A stretch of 64,000 bases of DNA from Candidatus Poribacteria bacterium (GTDB taxonomy: Bacteria; Poribacteria; WGA-4E; GCA-2687025): NCBI GenBank assembly GCA_028818695.1, contig JAPPNK010000029.1:7254-71253 (forward strand), given 5' to 3'. Positions 18,407 through 27,663 of this stretch are shown piece by piece. How positions within the stretch are numbered: the stretch's first letter is position 1; every line of letters starts with the position of its first letter. A program made the translations under genes and the position numbers. The notes beneath the pieces were generated by a model. It ran no database searches, had not been told where the DNA came from, and saw only the letters and a program-made list of their open reading frames with translations.

Positions 18407-19897
18407 CTACGCAGAACGGCCGACCGTCTCCTCAATGCGCTCAAACAGCCGCTTCACCTCAGGCTTCATGACCTTCCCCATCGCGTTGCGCGGAAGCGCC
18501 TTGACGACGAGCAGACGGGACGGCGCCTTATAGACGGCGAGCCGCTCCTTCGCCAAGTTCCGCAGCGTCTTTAGATTCAGCTCCGCGCCGTTTTTCAAGA
18601 CGGCCGCCGCGCAGATCCGTTCGCCCCACTCCTCGTCCGGCAAGCCGACGACGGCGCACTCTTGGATCTGGGGCAGCTCCATCAGGGCGTTCTCCACCTC
18701 CAACGCCGAGACCTTGTATCCGCCTGTCTTGACAATGTCGACCGAGCGGCGGCCGAGGATGCGGAAGCGTCCGCTTTCGTCTTTGACAGCGATGTCGCCC
18801 GTGCGGAACCAGCCGTCTTGGAACGCTTCTGCCGTCTCCTTCGGTCGATTCCAGTACTCCAAAAAAACGGCTTCGCCGCGCGTTTCGATCTCTCCCGCCG
18901 GCGTCAGGCGCGCCTCCATGTCTGGGAGCGGGAAGCCGACCGTCCCTGGAAGCCGCTCGCCTCGGTACGGGTTTGAAAGCGCCATGCCGAATTCGGTCAT
19001 TCCATACCGTTCCAGCAGCGCCTGTCCGGAAAGGGCGCGCCATTTTTCAAACAACGAGACGGGCAGCGCCGCCGAACCGGAGACCGCCAAACGCAGACGC
19101 CCCGCCGCTTTAGACCAGACGGCGCGCTTCTCCATCGGCGCCGCTTCCCATGCCTGTATCAACCGAGAGTACATCGTCGGGACGCCCATGAAGACGGAGA
19201 CGCCTCCCTCGGCGAGGCGTTCCCAGACGGCGTCGGCGTCAAAGCGCGGCAGGAACTCGCACGCCGCGCCCGAATAGAGCGCGCAGGTCAAGCCGTTCAC
19301 GATGCCATGGATATGGTGAAGGGGCAGTGCGTGGAGCATCCTGTCCGCCGGCGACCATTCCCACGCTTCCACAAGGCAGCGCGTCTGCGCGTCTAGGTTG
19401 CCATGAGTCGAGACGACGCCTTTCGGCCGTCCGGTCGTGCCGCTTGTGTAGAGAATCATGGCGCGTCGTTCGGGCGGAAGGCGGGGCAGGCTCCCAGGCG
19501 GCGCGTCCGGCAGAGGGGCGGTCAACAGCGGGCGGTTGATGTTTTGAGCGGCGCTGTTGAGGCGAGCCGCCTCTTCAACCCCTGCAATCAGCGCCGACGC
19601 CTGCGAATCGCGCGCCGCATACTCCAGCTCCGCCGGCGGATGCGTCAACCCAAGCGGAACGGCGACCCCGCCCCCGCGCCAGATTCCCCACTGAACCGCG
19701 GCATACTGCGCGCCGGGCGGACATAAAAAGGCGACGCGCCGCTCCGCAAGGTCGGAACATTCAAAAAAACGAAGCAGAAAACGCGCGGCAAACGCGGAAC
19801 GTTCCAGCAGCTCGGCATAGGTTGCGCGTCCGTCCGCGTCTTCAACGGCGAGAGCGTCGGACGGAAAAGCGGCGGCGTTTTCAAACAGGCGGCTCAT
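18407..19897 (-). CDS. AMP-dependent acyl-CoA synthetase/ligase
   Basis: AMP-binding signature ILYTSGTTGRPKGV plus YGMTE and TGD motifs. I moved the start to ATG 19897 (MSRLFENAAAF...), 4 nt after the stop of the upstream gene. Confidence 0.85.
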   Translation of the reverse strand: MSRLFENAAAFPSDALAVEDADGRATYAELLERSAFAARFLLRFFECSDLAERRVAFLCPPGAQYAAVQWGIWRGGGVAVPLGLTHPPAELEYAARDSQASALIAGVEEAARLNSAAQNINRPLLTAPLPDAPPGSLPRLPPERRAMILYTSGTTGRPKGVVSTHGNLDAQTRCLVEAWEWSPADRMLHALPLHHIHGIVNGLTCALYSGAACEFLPRFDADAVWERLAEGGVSVFMGVPTMYSRLIQAWEAAPMEKRAVWSKAAGRLRLAVSGSAALPVSLFEKWRALSGQALLERYGMTEFGMALSNPYRGERLPGTVGFPLPDMEARLTPAGEIETRGEAVFLEYWNRPKETAEAFQDGWFRTGDIAVKDESGRFRILGRRSVDIVKTGGYKVSALEVENALMELPQIQECAVVGLPDEEWGERICAAAVLKNGAELNLKTLRNLAKERLAVYKAPSRLLVVKALPRNAMGKVMKPEVKRLFERIEETVGRSA

Positions 19898-19901
19898 CGG
19901 G

Positions 19902-21101
19902 TTAATACCGGTGCATCGTCCCGTCGGAACGGCGGACGATGGGCATATAGGCGCGTTTGTAAGGATATTTGGCGGCTTCGTTTTCGTCGATGTCCATACC
20001 GAGGCCGGGCTTCTCATGCGGATAGGCGTACCCGTCTCTCCAGGCGCATGGCTCTCCGATCAAATCGCGCAGCTTCTCATGTCCAGGGGCGTTGAAGTCG
20101 ATCCACTCCTGGACGCCGAAGTTATGGATAGCGGTCTGGAGATGGAGCGAGGCGGCTTGCCCGACGGGTCCGATGTCCGCGGCGCCATGGAATGCGGAGC
20201 GTATCTGCGCCGGCTCGGCGAGCGTCATGATCTTGCGCGCCTCGGTGATTCCGCCGACATGAATCGGCTTGATGCGTATGTAATCGATCAGCTGCTCTTG
20301 GAAGAGGCGGATGCAGTCCCACTTGGAGGTGAAGATTTCGCCGATGGCAAGCGGCGTCGTTGAAGCGGCGCGGACGACGCGGAAGCTCTCGTAATGCTCA
20401 GGCGGCAGCGCGTCTTCTAGAAAGAAAAGGCGGTACGGTTCCAGCTGTTTCGCCAGCCATGCGGCTTGAATCGGCGTCAGCTGTTCGTGTACGTCGTGGA
20501 GAAGTTCGACCTCGCCGCCCAGCTCCTTGCGCAGATGCTCAAACAGCTTCGGAACCTCGGCGAGATACGGCGCGGGTTCAAAGTAGGAGGCGCCCGGCAC
20601 GCCTGGGCGGGGAGACGGATCGCTGCGAACGTTGCCGCTTCCGCCGTAGGGTCCCATCTGCGCGCGGATGACGCGGTAGCCGCGCTCTTGGAAGGAGCGG
20701 ACGCTGTCGGCGACCTGTTCAGGCGAGCTGCCGCCGGCGTGTCCGTAGGTGAGAACGCCGTCGCGCGATTTTCCGCCGAGGAGCTGGTAAACGGGCATAT
20801 TCGCCGCCTTGCCCTTGAGGTCCCACAGGGCGGTGTCGATGGCGCCGAGAGCTGCCATGAAGACAGGTCCCCCGCGCCAGTAGCTCCAGTTGTAGATCAG
20901 CTGCCACAGGTCTTCGGTCTTGAGCGGATCTTGTCCGATGAGCAGCTCGGCGGCGTGCTGCGCGGCGGTTGCGACGGCGAGCTCGCTGCCGCTCAACGTC
21001 CCTTCGCCGACGCCGTAGAGTCCGTTGTCCGCGACGATTTTGACAAACAGGTAGTTGCGCGTTGGACATGTGAGTATGACGCGGACCTCTGCGATCTTCA
21101 T
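19902..21101 (-). CDS. Enolase-superfamily dehydratase (D-mannonate/D-galactonate dehydratase-like)
   Basis: MKIAEVRVILTCPTRNYLFVKIVADNGLYGVGEGT...AIDTALWDLKGKAANMPVYQLLGG is typical of the ManD/RspA branch of the mandelate racemase/muconate lactonizing family. Confidence 0.85.
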   Translation of the reverse strand: MKIAEVRVILTCPTRNYLFVKIVADNGLYGVGEGTLSGSELAVATAAQHAAELLIGQDPLKTEDLWQLIYNWSYWRGGPVFMAALGAIDTALWDLKGKAANMPVYQLLGGKSRDGVLTYGHAGGSSPEQVADSVRSFQERGYRVIRAQMGPYGGSGNVRSDPSPRPGVPGASYFEPAPYLAEVPKLFEHLRKELGGEVELLHDVHEQLTPIQAAWLAKQLEPYRLFFLEDALPPEHYESFRVVRAASTTPLAIGEIFTSKWDCIRLFQEQLIDYIRIKPIHVGGITEARKIMTLAEPAQIRSAFHGAADIGPVGQAASLHLQTAIHNFGVQEWIDFNAPGHEKLRDLIGEPCAWRDGYAYPHEKPGLGMDIDENEAAKYPYKRAYMPIVRRSDGTMHRY

Positions 21102-21217
21102 CGCCGCTCCCTTGCGCGCGGGCTGCTTGCCGTTCGTTTTTCGTTAAAGGTAACGTAGCGTACGGCTGCCTCCCGCGCAACGGGCGCTTGATGGAGAGAC
21201 GCTGTCGAGCCTTCGGC

Positions 21218-22660
21218 TTACGGCTCTTCGTCTTCTTCCCCGTCCTCCGCATTTGACGGCTGCCGTTCCAGACGCTCCTGTTCGTCAAAGCGGCGGAATG
21301 CCTGCTGAACCTCCTCGCGCGAATGGCGTTTGCGGACGGCGTTGTAAGCGTCCTGGGCATGCTGGGCGTCGCCCGCCTTGGCGAAGGCGCGCGCCATTCC
21401 AAGCAGCGCGTTCATGTAGCCTTCAGGCGTCGCCTCGGAGAGTCCGTACTCCATCTCAAACGCACTCTGGTATGCCTTCGCAAAGTCGGCGTATGCCGCC
21501 GCCATGTCCATCGCCGCGCCGGACGGCGGGGGCGGCGCGCCTTCAGAGCGCGGAGCGTCTGGATGGTCAGGCGGCGGGGGGGCGCCATGCGGCTCGTCCG
21601 GGGCAGCTCCATGGAGATGACCATGAGACGGCGCGCTCGGCGCAGGCGGCGTCTGCTTTGGCGCCGCGTCCGGCCTCCGTTCCTCCCAGATGGACGGATA
21701 GTTCCGCTCTCCCCTGGACATCAAACTCATATACATGAAAACATTCCGTTCACGCGGACCATGCCCATGCGGGTGTCTCAGCTCATTCGGCGGCGCAGAC
21801 ACCATCTCCCCAAAATGGCTCTCGTTATACCCGGCGCCGAGAAGATAATGCATCGCCGCGATATCCGGCATATCCAGCCGTTCGTAGGATATTCCGATCA
21901 GTTCATGCACCCTTGGATTTGAATGGGCGCCCTTATCCGGGATAAAACGCTCCAATGCCGCGATGACCTCCTCAGGATAATTCCGCACGAAGCCGCCCTT
22001 AGTTGCAAGTACCATCGTGTCCACATCGTCCGGGTACAGCTCCATGAGTCTCCGGCGAACCTCAAGACGCGATTCGGTCCTAGCGAAAAGCTTCACAAGG
22101 AGGGCGTCGCGCGAGGTCGGGTCTTTTGCCAGAACGCGGTCGGCGTATTCCGCAGCATACTTCCGCTCTGGAATCCAAGGCCAGTCGGAGGAAAGCGGGA
22201 AGAAATTGCCGTATCTGAGCAGATGCTTCGCGGCGGTCAAGTCGTCCATTCCCTCCACCAGTATCTCGATCACTTCTGCCGGAGTTTCTTTATCAAGCGT
22301 GACGGAAGTGGATCCGGTCAGCTCAAGAAGCTTCTCCATCGCGCGTCTTTCTTTATCTATAAAGTCGCGATTCATGGAGCTTTCCGCGTTGAATCCCGAC
22401 TCATGGACATGCGCCCCGCTGTCGGTCGCAGCGCCTTCCGCCGGAGAGATCCCATGTGGATCGTCCGCGCCGCGTATTTTGGGATCGCCGGCGGAGACCC
22501 CGCCCTCGGAGGAATGTTCGCCCGACTCTGCGATTGGCGCCGACGCTGTCGGCGGCTCCGCCGCGCGGCGGGCGGCAAAAAACGCCAGCGCCGCCAGAAC
22601 CAGAACCGCGCCGCCCAGAAAAACGAATTGCGTTTTCTTGCTTGCATGGAATCGTTTCAT
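21218..22660 (-). CDS. Hypothetical membrane-anchored protein with His/Pro-rich segment and acidic C-terminus
   Basis: N-terminal TM anchor (FVFLGGAVLVLAALAFFAA). His-rich stretches RHPHGHGPRE and PSHGHLHGAAPDEPHGAPPPPDHPD. The ATG overlaps the stop of the metzincin gene (ATGA at 22657-22660). Confidence 0.7.
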   Translation of the reverse strand: MKRFHASKKTQFVFLGGAVLVLAALAFFAARRAAEPPTASAPIAESGEHSSEGGVSAGDPKIRGADDPHGISPAEGAATDSGAHVHESGFNAESSMNRDFIDKERRAMEKLLELTGSTSVTLDKETPAEVIEILVEGMDDLTAAKHLLRYGNFFPLSSDWPWIPERKYAAEYADRVLAKDPTSRDALLVKLFARTESRLEVRRRLMELYPDDVDTMVLATKGGFVRNYPEEVIAALERFIPDKGAHSNPRVHELIGISYERLDMPDIAAMHYLLGAGYNESHFGEMVSAPPNELRHPHGHGPRERNVFMYMSLMSRGERNYPSIWEERRPDAAPKQTPPAPSAPSHGHLHGAAPDEPHGAPPPPDHPDAPRSEGAPPPPSGAAMDMAAAYADFAKAYQSAFEMEYGLSEATPEGYMNALLGMARAFAKAGDAQHAQDAYNAVRKRHSREEVQQAFRRFDEQERLERQPSNAEDGEEDEEP

Positions 22661-24258
22661 GGTGAGTATCCTTCGTGATCTGAGTGGTTGTCATGCAGCC
22701 AGTATTGGGGCCAGTGATCCTCCCATTTCGGGTCTGCTGCGCCCTCCGCTGGGACAAGTCCAGCTGGCACAGGGGAATGGAAATCCCGGTAGACGTATGC
22801 ATACCAAAGCAGGTTAGGCATTGCGTAGCTCATCACACAGGAGTCGTCGAACGGGTCTGCTGGGTAAAACAGCTGTTTATCAGGGTCCGTCGGATCGTTC
22901 ATCTCTACAGAAGTATGATGATCCAGCCCGACCGCATGGCCGATCTCATGGGCGAAGGAGACTTCAAGTCCTAGCTTCGGACGGGCGAAGTCGTCGATTA
23001 AACCAAGGTCTATTACGCATACTTGCCCATGATTGAGCGCTGCGTAATGCCCAGGATCTGTCAATCCCATCATGTCATTCGCAGGACCATCAACGATTGG
23101 GATTCCGTATTGACGGTTCCCGACGACTCCTCCCCGGGTATAGTTCACCCAGTAATGTGAGCCATGAGCTCCTCCAGGCACCTGTTTCCATTCGGTTTTA
23201 AGATCGCCAATCTGGTAGACAGTCATGCCCGAAACTCCATGCCATCCGATATACCCAGCCCCGATTTTCAGGTTGCCGTCGAATGAGGGCAACAAGGAGC
23301 CGATGAAGACCTCCTTGACAAACGGATCAAGGCGCGTATAACCGCCTCCAATGACGAAGCCGCGGTATTCTTCCAGTACGGAGAACCCGTCGCCGTTGTT
23401 TCTGCCATGCGGGTCAGTAGTAATTGTGTGCGAATTTGTCGCATTTCCCCCAAAATCTTGATCGTCCCCGGGATTGAAAATTGGGAAATTTCCGCTTTGG
23501 GGGTCGGAGCTGTATTCTTCCTGGTCCTCCCAGGCATCGGCAATCGTGTTGCCTTCCAGCATCAGAGTAATGCCGCCCCCGGAAGTACGATACACGGGTT
23601 GGTCGTCTTTCGGAATCTTGTGAGTCTTAGACTCGCTTTCCACGCCGTCGACGGTCAGCGTCGCCTTGATTGTGCCGTAGGCGGCAAAGTCGTTGCAGAC
23701 GATCTTCACAGGAATCACAATCTTGTCGTCAGCGTTTGTCGCCGGCCTCTCCGTCCAGCGGGCTGTGATGGAGGTTGAGTCTTCGCCGCCGCCTTTCCAT
23801 GTACCTACTTTTTTTCCGTTGGCGTCTGTGATCTCCACCTGGTCTTTGCACTTCGCAAAATAAAGATCGGTTGAGTAGTCGTCTACCTTTTCGGCGTCGT
23901 TCATGTAGCGGCCTTCGTAGCTCGTCACATAGGGCAGTTCAAATTCAATGGATCCTGTGTCGGAAGCGTCCACCGTTGCGGTGAAGGCAATCGTTACAGG
24001 ATCTTCCTCTCCGAGGGCCGCGGTCGGGATCCAGCTTTCCCAGCCGGGAGGAGGCGTGAGCATGTCGTCGGGCGCTTCTTGATCATTGTTCTCGCCGTTG
24101 TCATTCGGCGCAGGATCCTCGAGGTTGGCATGTCCGCGCATCAGAAATGCGCTTGTGAGGGCGAGGGAAAGAAAGAGGAGAGCGGTCAGCGCAGATTTAG
24201 CGAGGTTGGCGCGAAAATTGCGGGGGGGGGTATCTTGATTCTCTTCAGAAAACATCAT
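22657..24258 (-). CDS. Secreted/anchored metzincin-type zinc metalloprotease
   Basis: HEIGHAVGLDH matches HExxHxxGxxH, and a candidate Met-turn (SCVMSY) lies downstream. The N-terminal hydrophobic anchor is ALTALLFLSLALTSAFL. I set the start at ATG 24258 (MMFSEE...), which follows GAGAAAGG. Confidence 0.75.
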   Translation of the reverse strand: MMFSEENQDTPPRNFRANLAKSALTALLFLSLALTSAFLMRGHANLEDPAPNDNGENNDQEAPDDMLTPPPGWESWIPTAALGEEDPVTIAFTATVDASDTGSIEFELPYVTSYEGRYMNDAEKVDDYSTDLYFAKCKDQVEITDANGKKVGTWKGGGEDSTSITARWTERPATNADDKIVIPVKIVCNDFAAYGTIKATLTVDGVESESKTHKIPKDDQPVYRTSGGGITLMLEGNTIADAWEDQEEYSSDPQSGNFPIFNPGDDQDFGGNATNSHTITTDPHGRNNGDGFSVLEEYRGFVIGGGYTRLDPFVKEVFIGSLLPSFDGNLKIGAGYIGWHGVSGMTVYQIGDLKTEWKQVPGGAHGSHYWVNYTRGGVVGNRQYGIPIVDGPANDMMGLTDPGHYAALNHGQVCVIDLGLIDDFARPKLGLEVSFAHEIGHAVGLDHHTSVEMNDPTDPDKQLFYPADPFDDSCVMSYAMPNLLWYAYVYRDFHSPVPAGLVPAEGAADPKWEDHWPQYWLHDNHSDHEGYSP

Positions 24259-24352
24259 AGTTTGCCTTTCTCGGCAATTGTCGTTTTGACATTCGGCAGT
24301 CGAGACAGGTCCCGACCCGAACGCCTCCATTGATCATAGCGAAGATTCTTTT

Positions 24353-24451
24353 GCGCATCAACAACTTTTTTCGCAGCGCAACAAACTCCGCTGCATTTTT
24401 ATCCTAGCGACAATTCGCCGGCGCGTCAACAACTTTCTGCCGCGCAACGAA
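24353..24451. promoter_or_regulatory. Two ~32-bp direct repeats upstream of the metzincin operon
   Basis: GCGCATCAACAACTTTTTTCGCAGCGCAACAAA (24353-24385) and GCGCGTCAACAACTTTCTGCCGCGCAACGAA (24421-24451), with starts 68 bp apart. On the gene strand each contains a GTTGTTGA(T/C)GCGC element that resembles a -35 box. Confidence 0.3.
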
Positions 24452-24462
24452 TTCGATTAGGT

Positions 24463-25512
24463 TTATGGAGCGATCTTGCTGGCGAAGTATGCCGATAGGA
24501 TCGCCTCCTGGTATTGCCGTTCCCAATGCTCCAGGTCTTCGGCGGCGGAAGGCTCCAGCGAGCGCGCCTCTTTCACCATCTCGCCCGGCGACAGGTCGTA
24601 TAGCCAGCAGTTGCGTATCTTCGGCAAAATCTCAACCGCCGAGCCGCGCACATCCACCGACAAATTCAACGCGCGCGTCCCCGGCAGCCCGAAGGCAGGC
24701 AGCGTCCCGTGAAGGCGGGCGGAGACGACAACTTTCGCCTGCGCGTAGGCGCGCAGAAGCGCGTAACTGTCGCCCTGATACCAGAGGTCGCTCGTAGCGA
24801 CGGCGCCCTGCAGCGCGAGATACTCCTCATACCCATGACACAAAACCTTTGTACGCGGCTCAGCCGACTTGAAGGTGAGATAAATCTCTGCCCATTGCCG
24901 CGCAAACTCGCGCTTGTCCGAAGAAGGACCGTAGCGCGGATTCGGCGGCACAAGAAACAGATACGGCCGTTCCGCGTCCGGCTCAATGCGCCACATTTTA
25001 GCTGCCCAGACAGCGGAGCATGGCAGCTGTACGCTCCGTATATTGAGCGCGCTCAGAAGCGCCTGCGCATACGGATCGCGCGTCGTGAAACAGAGGCTCG
25101 GATCGACGCGCTGCTGAATGATGCGGCGCGTTCGGCGGCTTGCGACGCAGTCGGCGACATACTCTTCGATGGTCGGCAATTCGGATTTGGAGCCGGCGCC
25201 GCCCGCCATGGTGAAGATTTTCAAGTTCCATCCGATGATATACCGGCGCCACATCTTGTCGTCGTACCAGTGAACCCACTTGTCGTAGTTGTTGTATTGC
25301 GGCATGCCTCCATAAACGATGAAGGGCGCCGACTGGAGCAGGCGCCTCTGCCGGCGAAACGCTTTCGAGTCGAACCTGTCGATGAGCGCCCAGCGCATTG
25401 TGGTTCCAAAGGCGCGTTCAAACAGGTGTTGAAGCCCCGCGCCGATGAAGGTGTCGCCAGGGTTCCGCTCGGTGCGCTGCGCGGTGGTGATCATCGGGAC
25501 GACATGGTTCAT
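24463..25512 (-). CDS. Polysaccharide pyruvyl transferase family protein
   Basis: An N-terminal NPGDTFIG segment and a C-terminal VVSARLHG segment resemble the CsaB/WcaK-type pyruvyl transferase fold motifs. The call rests on these motifs only. Confidence 0.6.
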   Translation of the reverse strand: MNHVVPMITTAQRTERNPGDTFIGAGLQHLFERAFGTTMRWALIDRFDSKAFRRQRRLLQSAPFIVYGGMPQYNNYDKWVHWYDDKMWRRYIIGWNLKIFTMAGGAGSKSELPTIEEYVADCVASRRTRRIIQQRVDPSLCFTTRDPYAQALLSALNIRSVQLPCSAVWAAKMWRIEPDAERPYLFLVPPNPRYGPSSDKREFARQWAEIYLTFKSAEPRTKVLCHGYEEYLALQGAVATSDLWYQGDSYALLRAYAQAKVVVSARLHGTLPAFGLPGTRALNLSVDVRGSAVEILPKIRNCWLYDLSPGEMVKEARSLEPSAAEDLEHWERQYQEAILSAYFASKIAP

Positions 25513-26549
25513 TTATGGAGGAGCCTTCGCTGCAGTGTTTCTAACCATGGGCGCAGCCTTTCGATCTGAGCGGAGCCGGCGCCATCGTAGAGCTGTACGG
25601 CGGCGTCTCGGAGCCGCTGCGTTTGAGGCAGGCGCGCGTCAACGAGCGAAATCTGCGCGGCGATTGTCCAGACAGGGAGCGACGCTGTCCGCGCGTCAAT
25701 CTCTTCCTTCTGCGGCAAGATGTCGGGACGCGTACTATGATGAAAGAAACCGCGCCAAAGTTCAACTCGATCGCGCGACAGATACGGCATGCCTTCGGCG
25801 CGTTCTGGGGGGAGGCTTTCCGCGGCGGCAAGCGCATATTCTGCCGCTTCCAGCGCCGCGCTTGGGTTCCATGCCTGCGCTCCGAGCGTTTTGAGCGCCT
25901 TTTCATAAAGCGGCTCGTCCGCCTTCCGCAAATTCGCCAGCAGATGTCGATGCGCGGGCGGACAGCCCAGAAGTAAAGCGGCCGCCTGCGCGCTCCAGAA
26001 CAGGGCGCATCGTATGTTCCAGAGCGGAAAGGCGGCATCGGCGGCTTCTTTCGCCTGTTGAAGCGCGGCGTTCAGAAGCGTCTGCGCCCGCGCATGCAGG
26101 GTTGCTCTCCGCGCTGGGTCTTGCGCCGCCTGTATGAGCGGGCGCAGCTTGCCCTGCGGGTCGTAGAGGGGAACGGCGTCCGCGATTTCTTCCGAAAAAA
26201 AGGGGCGTTGAAAGGCGCGTTCGATCTCCTGAAATTCATCCCACAGCAGAAACTTCCACTCAAGAGGCGCCGCGCCGCGCATTTCAAATCGAGGCGGCGG
26301 CAGGGGTCCTTCAACCAAAAAAATGCGCAGATCGACGTCTGAGAAAGAGTCCGCTTCGCCGCGGGCGACGGAACCTCCAACAAAGGCGGCATCAACGCGC
26401 GAATCTGCGTCCGCATACTCCAGGACAGCGGCGCGCGCCGCCTGAAGCAGAGCGCGTCTGTTCAGTTTTGAGCGCGGTTGGCTTGACGCGATTCGCGCAG
26501 GCGCGTTAAGATTGAAGCGTAACGCCTTGTATATTTGGAGCGTCGGCAT
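25509..26549 (-). CDS. Nucleotidyltransferase-domain protein (Pol-beta superfamily) with helical C-terminal domain
   Basis: GGSVARGEADSFSDVDLRIF matches the minimal NTase pattern GS-x(9-13)-DxD. Its stop overlaps the start of the pyruvyl transferase gene (ATGA at 25509-25512). ATG 26549 is the most downstream usable in-frame start. Confidence 0.6.
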   Translation of the reverse strand: MPTLQIYKALRFNLNAPARIASSQPRSKLNRRALLQAARAAVLEYADADSRVDAAFVGGSVARGEADSFSDVDLRIFLVEGPLPPPRFEMRGAAPLEWKFLLWDEFQEIERAFQRPFFSEEIADAVPLYDPQGKLRPLIQAAQDPARRATLHARAQTLLNAALQQAKEAADAAFPLWNIRCALFWSAQAAALLLGCPPAHRHLLANLRKADEPLYEKALKTLGAQAWNPSAALEAAEYALAAAESLPPERAEGMPYLSRDRVELWRGFFHHSTRPDILPQKEEIDARTASLPVWTIAAQISLVDARLPQTQRLRDAAVQLYDGAGSAQIERLRPWLETLQRRLLHK

Positions 26550-27663
26550 GGCAGTTCCCGTTTCGCTGCGGTCGATCACTAAACGTTTCGGCGACATCGC
26601 AGCAGTCGACCGTTTGGACTTAGAGATACCGGAGGGGGAGCTGTTTTTTCTGCTCGGTCCGTCCGGTTGCGGCAAGACGACTCTTCTGCGCGCTGTCGCC
26701 GGATTTTACCACCCTGACGAGGGGGAAATCTACTTTGGGGAACGGCGCGTCACAGCGGAACCGCCGCATCGGCGCAACGCCGCAATGGTGTTTCAAAATT
26801 ACGCCCTTTGGCCGCATATGAGCGTGTATCAAAACGTGGAGTACGGACTGAATATACGGAAGGTTGCGGCGGACGATAAAAAGCGGCGCGTCGAAGAAGC
26901 GCTCGACATTGTTCAGATGCTTCCATACGCCAAGCGCAGCCCGAATCAGCTCTCCGGCGGTCAACAGCAGCGGATTGCTCTCGCGCGGGCGATCGTCATT
27001 GAGCCTGATGTGCTGCTGCTGGACGAGCCGCTTAGCAATCTGGACGCAAAACTGCGCGACGAGATGCGCCAGGAGATCAAGCGCATTCACAACGAGCTGC
27101 GTGTGACGGCGATCTATGTCACGCATGACCAGAAGGAGGCGCTGTCGCTTGCCGACCGCATCGCGCTCATGAGAGAGGGGCGTCTTGTGCAGGTCGGCTC
27201 ACCGCGCGAGATTTACACAGAGCCGGCGAATGTTTTTGCGGCGCATTTTGTGGGCGAGACGAACTTCATTGAGGGGGTTGTGCAGGACAGATCGGAGCGC
27301 GGTTTGAAGGTAGAGACCGACATCGGGCAGGTGCGGACGGAGCGGACAGGCGATTTTCAGCCTGGGGAGAGGGCGGTTCTGTCGCTTCGCCCTGAGTCGA
27401 TCGTCACGGATGCGGTTGCGGACGGGGAGGCGAATCGTTTTGAGGCGGTTGTGAAGAGTTCGGCGTATTTGGGTCATGTCGCGGAGCTGCTGCTGGCGGG
27501 GCCGGGCGGGGCGGAGTTGCGCGCGGCGGTGTTCAACCCAGGCGCAGGCGTCTTTCGCCCTGGCAAGCAAACCAACGCCTCTTTCAGCCCAAAAGACGCC
27601 ATTCCGCTTCGCCCTGACGAGAAAAAGGCGGCGGAAAATGAAGCGGAGAGCGGCAGTGAGTAG
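26548..27663 (+). CDS. ABC transporter ATP-binding protein (MalK/PotA/FbpC-type with C-terminal regulatory/TOBE-like domain)
   Basis: Walker A GPSGCGKTT, signature LSGGQQQRIALARA, Walker B LLLDEPLSNLD, H-loop YVTHDQ. The start MAVPVSLRSITKRFGD is typical for this family. Confidence 0.9.
   Translation: MAVPVSLRSITKRFGDIAAVDRLDLEIPEGELFFLLGPSGCGKTTLLRAVAGFYHPDEGEIYFGERRVTAEPPHRRNAAMVFQNYALWPHMSVYQNVEYGLNIRKVAADDKKRRVEEALDIVQMLPYAKRSPNQLSGGQQQRIALARAIVIEPDVLLLDEPLSNLDAKLRDEMRQEIKRIHNELRVTAIYVTHDQKEALSLADRIALMREGRLVQVGSPREIYTEPANVFAAHFVGETNFIEGVVQDRSERGLKVETDIGQVRTERTGDFQPGERAVLSLRPESIVTDAVADGEANRFEAVVKSSAYLGHVAELLLAGPGGAELRAAVFNPGAGVFRPGKQTNASFSPKDAIPLRPDEKKAAENEAESGSE

Noticed and set aside
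24259-24352. Search for a second sigma-54 promoter upstream of the metzincin operon
   Set aside because: No GG-N10-GC element with TGGCAC/TTGC-like flanks is present on the minus strand in this spacer.
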